From Alphaproteobacteria bacterium (GTDB lineage: Bacteria; Pseudomonadota; Alphaproteobacteria; JAQWUY01), in the NCBI GenBank assembly GCA_049615605.1, contig JBMZFW010000003.1, forward strand, positions 1 to 37,370: a stretch of DNA of 37,370 bases. Reading direction: 5' to 3'. Under the pieces are notes generated by a model. It made no database searches, was not told the origin of the DNA, and saw only the letters and a program-made list of their open reading frames with translations. Positions 30,468 through 37,370 of this stretch are shown piece by piece. A program made the position numbers and the translations under genes. How positions within the stretch are numbered: position 1 is the stretch's first letter; every line of letters begins with the position of its first letter.

Positions 30468-31190
30468 CTATCTATTTATAAGCGTAGATATTATTCCGTG
30501 TAGCATTTTTAATTCTTGCTCATTTAAGTCCGTACGATTGAATAAGTTATATATGTTTCTTTCAACTGTACTTTGCGCCCCTGCTGATTTAAAAAATCCA
30601 CGCGGTTCTAGTTCACCTATAAGACGACTTACGAATTGTTGCTTGCTTTCACCTGTTGCCAGTTGATAATCTGGATCAAGACTTGGCATTGGGGCTTTAT
30701 TATCATTTACATTAATCCACCAGTGCCATGATAACAATAATACGGCTTGCGAAATGTTTAATGATGTAAAATCTGGGTTTAATGGGGCGGTAATTACCGT
30801 ATTGCATTGAGCGATATCTTGATTTGAAAGACCGCTTGCTTCACAACCGAATAATATACCAATACCAGTCCCCTGTTTTGATTGCTCAGCCATTTTAACA
30901 CCCGCATCCATTGGGGTTAAGACTTCCACTTGCATTTGACGTGGGCGTGCGGTTGATGCATATACAAATTGTAAATCCGCCGTTGCGTCCGCCACTGTAT
31001 CAAATATTTGAACCTCTGGCATTTGCTTTAAACAATCGGCTGATGTTGCCATTGCACGGCTTGATGGATAATGTTCACGCGGTTCAACCAATCGTAGCTG
31101 TTCAATACCACAATTATACATTGCACGTGCCGACATACCTATGTTTTCAGGCATTTGTGGTTTAACTAATATTACAATTGGTTTTTTCAT
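30468..31190 (-). CDS. trmJ: TrmJ/LasT-family SPOUT tRNA methyltransferase
   Basis: LVKPQMPENIGMSARAM, STAR, FGCEASGL, SLNISQAV. Confidence 0.85.
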   Translation of the reverse strand: MKKPIVILVKPQMPENIGMSARAMYNCGIEQLRLVEPREHYPSSRAMATSADCLKQMPEVQIFDTVADATADLQFVYASTARPRQMQVEVLTPMDAGVKMAEQSKQGTGIGILFGCEASGLSNQDIAQCNTVITAPLNPDFTSLNISQAVLLLSWHWWINVNDNKAPMPSLDPDYQLATGESKQQFVSRLIGELEPRGFFKSAGAQSTVERNIYNLFNRTDLNEQELKMLHGIISTLINR

Positions 31191-31448
31191 TATAGTTATA
31201 TATCATAAATAATAGTAAAAAAAAAGACTAAGTCAGCACTTACTTACCATTCTTTGGCAAAGCTAACAATTACAGCTCTAGAACGAATCATTTATGAAAT
31301 TATAGATTCCATCCTTGCTTCAGATTACTTCCCCCCCCCTGTGTCCTTTTTTTTATATTTTAATAAAGCTTAAATAAATATGGAAGTATCATTATATGTT
31401 TAAGGGGCGTTACCCCGCTCACTTCACGACTTCGTATTGCTAGTTTGT

Positions 31449-31470
31449 CAAAACAACATATGTTGTTTTG
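31449..31470. repeat. Perfect 22-bp palindrome, possibly the apex of an inverted, diverged element copy
   Basis: CAAAACAACAT|ATGTTGTTTTG. Confidence 0.75.
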
Positions 31471-31509
31471 CGGGATTTATTAACGCAGATATGCTTATTT
31501 GTATAACAG

Positions 31510-31601
31510 TATAATAGTTTGCAAGTATCAAGGGTATTGTTAGCGACGACGAACAAGTAGTCATAAAACAAACAAATGCGAAGTGCAGTTAACCATTAAA
31601 A
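31510..31601 (+). repeat. Decayed copy of the palindromic element at the glmS stop
   Basis: GTATTGTTAGCGACGACGAACAAGTAGTCATAAAACAAACAAATGCGAAGTGCAGTTAACCATTAAAA aligns end to end with 19992-20059. Confidence 0.85.
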
Positions 31602-31606
31602 CCTAT

Positions 31607-33439
31607 TTATTCCACTGTTACTGATTTGGCTAGGTTTCTTGGCTGGTCTACATCAGTCCCCTTTGCCAATGCACAATAATATGCAAGTAATTGTGCAGGA
31701 ACGGAATATAATATTGGGGCAACTAGTTGATTAATCGTTGGAATACAGATTGCATCAAAATCAGTTGTTGTTAATTTACGCATTTTGGCGATGCCTTCTT
31801 CATCAGACATAAAGACAACTTTACCACCGCGAGCGATTGCTTCTTGAATATTACCTGCAGTTTTTTCAAACAGGTCATCGTTTGGACAGGTTGCGATAAT
31901 TGGCACGCTGTCATCAATAAGGGCAATTGGTCCGTGTTTCATTTCGCCAGCTGGGTAGCCTTCGGCGTGAATGTAAGAGATTTCTTTTAATTTCAATGCA
32001 CCTTCCATTGCGATTGGGTAATTTACCCCACGACCAAGGAATAATACATCTTTGGCTTCGGCAACACGGTTTGAGATTTCTTGAATTTCTGTGCCTTTGG
32101 TTAAGACTTCAGCAATTGTTGCGGGTAATTCCAATAATGCCGACACATAATCTTTTTCATCTTCGGCAGATAATTTACCAATACTTTTGCCGATTGATAA
32201 TGCCATACACATAAGCACCGTTAACTGTGTTGTAAATGCTTTGGTTGATGCAACACCAATTTCTGGACCAGCCAAGGTTTGTAATACCGCATCGGATTCC
32301 CTTGCAATTGTGCTTTCAAGAACATTTACCACAGAAATAATTTTCTGCCCCTGTGATTTACAATATTTTAAGGCTTCCAAAGTATCCATAGTTTCGCCAG
32401 ATTGTGAAACAAAAATAGCAACGCCATTTTTTGGCATTGGTGGTTCGCGGTAACGCATTTCGCTTGCCACATCAATTTCCACAGGAATTCGTGCAATCTT
32501 TTCAATCCAATACTTGGCAATTAAACCCGCATAATATGCCGTACCACAAGCGGAAATTGTTACCTTTTCAACCTTTGAAAAATCAATACCCAAGTCTGGG
32601 ATTGTAATTGATTGTTCCGCAGGGTGAATATAACTAGCCAGTGTATCGCCAATTACCGTTGGTTGTTCGTGGATTTCTTTTTCCATATAATGGCGAAAGT
32701 TCCCTTTGCCCACGCTGTCGCCTGTTAATCCAGTTTGTACCACTGGGCGGTCAACAACATTGTTATCAATATCATAAATTTCAACATTGTCATTTGTGGC
32801 AACAACATAATCACCATCATTTAAATAACATATATCTTGTGTATAAGGGGCAAGTGCCAACGCATCAGAACCAAAATATTTTTCCCCATCGCCCAAACCA
32901 ATGGCAAGTGGTGAACCAACACGCGCGCCAATCATAATATTTTCATGCCCTTTAAATATCATACAAAGTGCAAATGCACCTTTTAATTTTGGTAACATTT
33001 CCTGTACCGCTTGTAATGGTGTTTTACCCGCATTTAAAAACGAAGTTAACAAGTGAACAATAATTTCCGTATCTGTTTCAGATTCCATATCAGATGGGGT
33101 AAGACCAAGACCATCGGCAAGTTCGCGGTAATTTTCAATAATACCATTGTGTACAACCGCCACCTGTTCATTCATATGTGGGTGTGCGTTATTTTCACTT
33201 GGAACACCGTGTGTTGCCCAACGGGTGTGTCCAATCCCCATAGTTCCAGAAATTGGTTGTTCAGATATTACCTTTTCCAAGTTTACAATTTTACCAGATG
33301 CACGACGGCGTTGTAATTCCCCACCGCTTAATGTGGCAATACCTGTTGAATCATAACCGCGGTATTCTAGGCGACGCAATCCATCAACCAATAATTCCGA
33401 TACTTCCGATTTACCAATAATTCCAATGATACCGCACAT
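31607..33439 (-). CDS. glmS: Glutamine--fructose-6-phosphate aminotransferase
   Basis: MCGII N-terminal catalytic Cys fixes the start at 33439; LEYRGYDS, HTRWATHG, SQSGET, VASTKAF, PRNLAKSVTVE. Confidence 0.98.
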   Translation of the reverse strand: MCGIIGIIGKSEVSELLVDGLRRLEYRGYDSTGIATLSGGELQRRRASGKIVNLEKVISEQPISGTMGIGHTRWATHGVPSENNAHPHMNEQVAVVHNGIIENYRELADGLGLTPSDMESETDTEIIVHLLTSFLNAGKTPLQAVQEMLPKLKGAFALCMIFKGHENIMIGARVGSPLAIGLGDGEKYFGSDALALAPYTQDICYLNDGDYVVATNDNVEIYDIDNNVVDRPVVQTGLTGDSVGKGNFRHYMEKEIHEQPTVIGDTLASYIHPAEQSITIPDLGIDFSKVEKVTISACGTAYYAGLIAKYWIEKIARIPVEIDVASEMRYREPPMPKNGVAIFVSQSGETMDTLEALKYCKSQGQKIISVVNVLESTIARESDAVLQTLAGPEIGVASTKAFTTQLTVLMCMALSIGKSIGKLSAEDEKDYVSALLELPATIAEVLTKGTEIQEISNRVAEAKDVLFLGRGVNYPIAMEGALKLKEISYIHAEGYPAGEMKHGPIALIDDSVPIIATCPNDDLFEKTAGNIQEAIARGGKVVFMSDEEGIAKMRKLTTTDFDAICIPTINQLVAPILYSVPAQLLAYYCALAKGTDVDQPRNLAKSVTVE

Positions 33440-33440
33440 A

Positions 33441-34778
33441 TTATTTCTTCTTTTGTTTTGCTTTGCGGAATAAGGCAGCCGCACCAGCAACATTTTCTTG
33501 GTTTGCACGGGCAATTACCAATGCATCTTTTTCCACATCTTTTGTCACAACTGAACCAGCACCAATTAATGCACCGTCTTGTACCGATACAGGCGAAACA
33601 AGGCAAGTATTTGAACCAACAAAGACTTCATCCCCCATATCAGTTGTTGTTTTTTCAAAGCCGTTGTAATTACAAGTAATAACACCCGCACCAATATTAC
33701 AATCTTTGCCCATATTAGTATCGCCAATATAAGTTAAGTGATTAACTTTTGAACCTTTGCCAATTTTAGATTCTTTTACTTCAACAAAATTACCGATTTT
33801 GTTATTGCCTTCAAGTACCGCACCTGGGCGAAGCCTTGCATAAGGACCAACCACACTGTTTTCACCCACGATACATTTTTCAAGGTGTGAAAAAGCACGG
33901 ATTGTACAGTTATCATTAATTTCAACGCCTGTACCAAACACAACATTTTGTTCAATGGTTACATCGCTTCCAATTTTTGTATCGTATGAAAAGTAAACTG
34001 TTTCAGGGGCTAATAAATGTGTGCCATTTTCAAGTGCGTTCATTCGCATATTGTATTGGAATAACGCTTCGGCTGTTACCAAGTCCATTTTTGAATCACA
34101 ACCCATTACTTCGTTTTCATCGGCAATGGTATAGGCAACATTACCGCCATCAGCTTTTGCCAATTTGATAATATCAGTTAAATAATATTCGCCTTTTGCA
34201 TTGTCATTATCAACCGCATCAATCAAATCAAATAACTTATCAGCACTTACCGCCATAATACCCGAATAACATAAATTTACTTGGCGTTGGTCGTCATCAC
34301 ATTCTTTGTCTTCAACGATTGCTTCAACGAATTCATCATCACCAACCATAATACGACCATATCCCGTTGGGTCTTGGGGTAAGAAACCAGCAATGGCAAT
34401 TGTTGCACCTGCTTCGGCGCGTGTATCAATTAAATCCGTAATTGTTTCTGCATTAATAAGTGGGGTATCACCATTTAAAATTACAATAGTTTCAACTTTT
34501 TCTTTTTTAAAGAAGTCAGCACACACACCAACGGCTGATGCGGTACCGTTTGCGTCTTTTTGTAAAACCGCATTTGTTTCACCAATAACGGATTTTACTT
34601 CTTCTTGGTTATGTGGACCAACAACAACACAGCCCGTCTTTGGCGACAAAGAACCAACCGCATTTAAAACATGATTTATCATAGGAAGTCCCGCAACACT
34701 GTGCATTACTTTTGAAAGTGAAGACTTCATCCTAGTGCCACGACCAGCACCCATAATAACAAATCCAATATTAGCCAT
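33441..34778 (-). CDS. glmU: Bifunctional GlcNAc-1-P uridyltransferase/acetyltransferase
   Basis: AGRGTRMKS, GYGRI, EYYLTD, hexapeptide repeats, GNFVEVK, HLTYIGD; adjacent to glmS. Confidence 0.95.
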   Translation of the reverse strand: MANIGFVIMGAGRGTRMKSSLSKVMHSVAGLPMINHVLNAVGSLSPKTGCVVVGPHNQEEVKSVIGETNAVLQKDANGTASAVGVCADFFKKEKVETIVILNGDTPLINAETITDLIDTRAEAGATIAIAGFLPQDPTGYGRIMVGDDEFVEAIVEDKECDDDQRQVNLCYSGIMAVSADKLFDLIDAVDNDNAKGEYYLTDIIKLAKADGGNVAYTIADENEVMGCDSKMDLVTAEALFQYNMRMNALENGTHLLAPETVYFSYDTKIGSDVTIEQNVVFGTGVEINDNCTIRAFSHLEKCIVGENSVVGPYARLRPGAVLEGNNKIGNFVEVKESKIGKGSKVNHLTYIGDTNMGKDCNIGAGVITCNYNGFEKTTTDMGDEVFVGSNTCLVSPVSVQDGALIGAGSVVTKDVEKDALVIARANQENVAGAAALFRKAKQKKK

Positions 34779-34855
34779 ATTTAACCCCTTAAAAATTATA
34801 TAAATAATATATAACCGTTACTATATAATAGCCATTAACAAAATATTACGATTTA

Positions 34856-35113
34856 TTACAGTTTTAAAAGCTTGTCCAATTCACCCGATACATCAAGTGC
34901 CATTGTATCATCACAACCGCCAATATGCTTACCATCAATGAATACTTGTGGTACGGTTCTTGCATTTGGAACGCGGGCTTTCATCAATGCGTCATATTCA
35001 GGGTCTTCCCAAATATTATACGCTTTGTAATTAACACCTTTTTGTTCAAATAAAGATTTAACACGGTTGCAAAATCCGCAACCTTCACGCCAAAAAATTT
35101 CAACTTGTACCAT
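34856..35113 (-). CDS. grxC: Glutaredoxin 3
   Basis: CGFC active site, RTVPQVFI, HIGGCDD, GELDKLL. Confidence 0.92.
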   Translation of the reverse strand: MVQVEIFWREGCGFCNRVKSLFEQKGVNYKAYNIWEDPEYDALMKARVPNARTVPQVFIDGKHIGGCDDTMALDVSGELDKLLKL

Positions 35114-35242
35114 TGGTAATTCCTTTTAAAAAATGATTTAAGATAAAAATAAAATAACATCACTTAATAAAGTTTAAAAGGACATTTTACATTTATTTAA
35201 ATAAGGTATATTATTGTCAAAACAATTAAATAAGGAAACAAT

Positions 35243-36223
35243 ATGTTTAAAGCATTTTTCAAATCAAAACAGTGGGCATTATGGGCATACCTTGGTGGTG
35301 CATTATTATTCTTAGTGGTATTAACACAAGTATGGATTGCCACACAAATTAATGTTTGGTATGGGGAATTTTACAACATATTACAACAAGCCCAACAACA
35401 TAAGTTATCTGACTTTTATGATTCAATGATTAAGTTTTCTTATCTGGCATTTCCTGCGGTAATTATTGGTACATTTGCCAATTACTTTACCCGTGTTTAT
35501 GCACTTAAATGGCGTGAAGCAATGACTTTTTATTACCTGCCAAAATGGCGAAATGCAAAAGGTAATATTGAAGGGTCATCACAAAGAATCCAAGAAGATA
35601 TTTTCCGCTTTGCCCGTATTGTGGAAAGTCTTGGTTTACAAGCATTAAAGGCAATACTTACACTTATTGCATTTATTCCAATTTTATACGGTTTGTCAAA
35701 GCATGTGAATTTACCAGTAATGACATTCTTAAATGATATTGATGGTGTACTTGTTTATATTTCATTATTAATAAGTATCGGTGGTATGGTTATCAGTTGG
35801 TATGTGGGTATATACCTGCCGAAACTGGAATACAACAATCAAAAGGTTGAAGCCGCATTCCGTAAAGAACTTGTTTATGCAGAAGACAATAAAAAATCTT
35901 ATGGTGGCGATGAAACAATTTTTGAATTATTCACTGGCATAAAATACAACTATCACCGTCTGTACTTACACTATGGTTATTTTGATTTATGGGTAATTTT
36001 ATATGCTCAATTTATGATTATTGCACCTTATCTTATTATGGCACCTAGCTTATTCACAGGTGCAATGGCACTGGGTGTATTAATTCAAACATCAAACGCA
36101 TTTGGTAAAGTAAATGATAGCTTTTCATTACTTATCAACAACTGGACAACGATTACAGAACTTCGTTCAGTAAGATTAAGGCTTGTTGAATTTGAAAAAC
36201 ACATTGATATGAATACTAAATAA
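35243..36223 (+). CDS. SbmA/BacA-like peptide uptake transporter (no ATPase domain)
   Basis: INVWYGEFYN, WREAMT, IEGSSQRIQED, NQKVEAAFRKELVYAED, NWTTITELRSV..RLVEFE. Confidence 0.85.
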   Translation: MFKAFFKSKQWALWAYLGGALLFLVVLTQVWIATQINVWYGEFYNILQQAQQHKLSDFYDSMIKFSYLAFPAVIIGTFANYFTRVYALKWREAMTFYYLPKWRNAKGNIEGSSQRIQEDIFRFARIVESLGLQALKAILTLIAFIPILYGLSKHVNLPVMTFLNDIDGVLVYISLLISIGGMVISWYVGIYLPKLEYNNQKVEAAFRKELVYAEDNKKSYGGDETIFELFTGIKYNYHRLYLHYGYFDLWVILYAQFMIIAPYLIMAPSLFTGAMALGVLIQTSNAFGKVNDSFSLLINNWTTITELRSVRLRLVEFEKHIDMNTK

Positions 36224-36648
36224 TGAAATATATATTTAGTATATTATTTATTGTTTTTGGATTTAATTCTGCATTCGCCGATTTAAAAAAAGGTGATGTT
36301 ATATCGGGCAGTGTATGGGTTATTGATGGTGATAGTCTTATCATCACCGCAAAAGACCATAAAAAATATGAAGTCCGCATATTTGGAATTAATGCTCCTG
36401 AATTATCAACTGACAAAGGGCAAGTTGCCAAAAGATTTATGATTAGATTGATTAAATCTGGCAACCGCCAAGCATCTTGTGAATTTATGGAATATGACAA
36501 ATATAAAAGACATGTTGCCATATGTAATAACAGCAAAGGCGACTTAGCCGAAATAATGTTAAAGAACAAACAGGCTTGGTTATTTAAAAGATACCTGCAT
36601 AAAGCGGATAAAAAGATTCAAAACAAATACAAACAAGCGGTTAAGTAA
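36223..36648 (+). CDS. Exported thermonuclease (SNase-like) family protein
   Basis: Signal peptide; VIDGDSL, VRIFGINAPE, DKYKR; TAATG stop/start overlap with the upstream gene. Confidence 0.8.
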   Translation: MKYIFSILFIVFGFNSAFADLKKGDVISGSVWVIDGDSLIITAKDHKKYEVRIFGINAPELSTDKGQVAKRFMIRLIKSGNRQASCEFMEYDKYKRHVAICNNSKGDLAEIMLKNKQAWLFKRYLHKADKKIQNKYKQAVK

Positions 36649-37370
36649 TTACTTAATTAACTTTGCCCATTCTTGATTCATATCTGGTTGAATTTCATTA
36701 ATTAATGCCCTTGCATCAATTGGACGGTCAATGTCAATTGATGGTAAAACCTTTACGGTTAATTCCGCTGATGGCAATGATGCCATTTCAATTAAAAATT
36801 CTTGGATTGGTTCAGTTCCCCACGACCCCATTCGGCGTTGTTCGGGCGTTGCCTTTTTACCAGATACTTTTGTATATGTAATAACAAGTGGCTGAATTGT
36901 TGCAGGTACAGTAAAGTTATCTTTGTTTAATGACCTAAGCAGTGCACTTTTAAATGGTAATAATAATGTGGCATCACTTGATGTTCCTTCGGGGAATATG
37001 GCAACATTTTTTCTTTGTTCCAATGCACTTGATACCGCATCAATATGATTACCCACATCTTTTCGTTGACGGTTAATAAGAATTTGCCCCGTGCGTTTCA
37101 TTGCCCAACCAAATGGACCCCACGCACCCATTTCCGCCTTTGCCACAAAGCGAACATTGTACAATTGGAATATGGCAAGAATTTCCGCCAAGCCAAAGTG
37201 ATTTGATAAAATAATAACTGGACGGTGTTTGTTTTTATATAAAGCCCCATCAACATTAAGTGTAATGCCAAAGATTTTTAACAATCCCCAAGCCCAGAAT
37301 CTGCACAAATATATACGTTGTTTTTCTGGTAATGGTGCCAGTACAACCAAAATGCTTATTATTACCGAAT
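36649..37370 (-). CDS. PlsC/OlsA-like lysophospholipid acyltransferase, 5' end beyond the window
   Basis: SNHFGLAE, FVAKAE, FPEGTSSD, LPFKS; the frame stays open to the window edge. Confidence 0.8.
   Translation of the reverse strand, partial: SVIISILVVLAPLPEKQRIYLCRFWAWGLLKIFGITLNVDGALYKNKHRPVIILSNHFGLAEILAIFQLYNVRFVAKAEMGAWGPFGWAMKRTGQILINRQRKDVGNHIDAVSSALEQRKNVAIFPEGTSSDATLLLPFKSALLRSLNKDNFTVPATIQPLVITYTKVSGKKATPEQRRMGSWGTEPIQEFLIEMASLPSAELTVKVLPSIDIDRPIDARALINEIQPDMNQEWAKLIK

Noticed and set aside
33430-33514. glmS ribozyme or N-terminal extension of GlmS
   Set aside because: glmU ends 1 bp before the MCG start, so there is no leader, and GlmS needs an N-terminal Cys.

Overview
AT-rich alphaproteobacterial chromosome segment (roughly one-third GC by eye), almost entirely core genes. 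It holds a YeiH-type exporter, a cytochrome b561, a complete dcw cluster (mraZ-rsmH-ftsL-ftsI-murE-murF-mraY-murD-ftsW-murG-murC-murB-ddl-ftsQ-ftsA-ftsZ), carA/yqeY, an alpha/beta hydrolase, rplU-rpmA-obgE-nadD-rsfS-rlmH-gpmI-envC-ctpA-rppH, trmJ, glmU-glmS, grxC, an SbmA/BacA-like transporter with a thermonuclease, and a 5'-truncated acyltransferase. I saw no tRNA, rRNA, CRISPR or transposase. The most unusual signal is non-coding: a family of ~95-105 bp palindromic elements (TTTTAATG[A]G ... CCATTAAAA). Copies keep the same bulge and internal-loop architecture while their stem sequences differ but still pair. They occur just upstream of the mraZ promoter, as a 97-bp-period tandem array between ftsZ and carA, and at the glmS stop, with further decayed copies nearby. 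All calls come from reading the sequence and translations; no database searches or folding programs were run.
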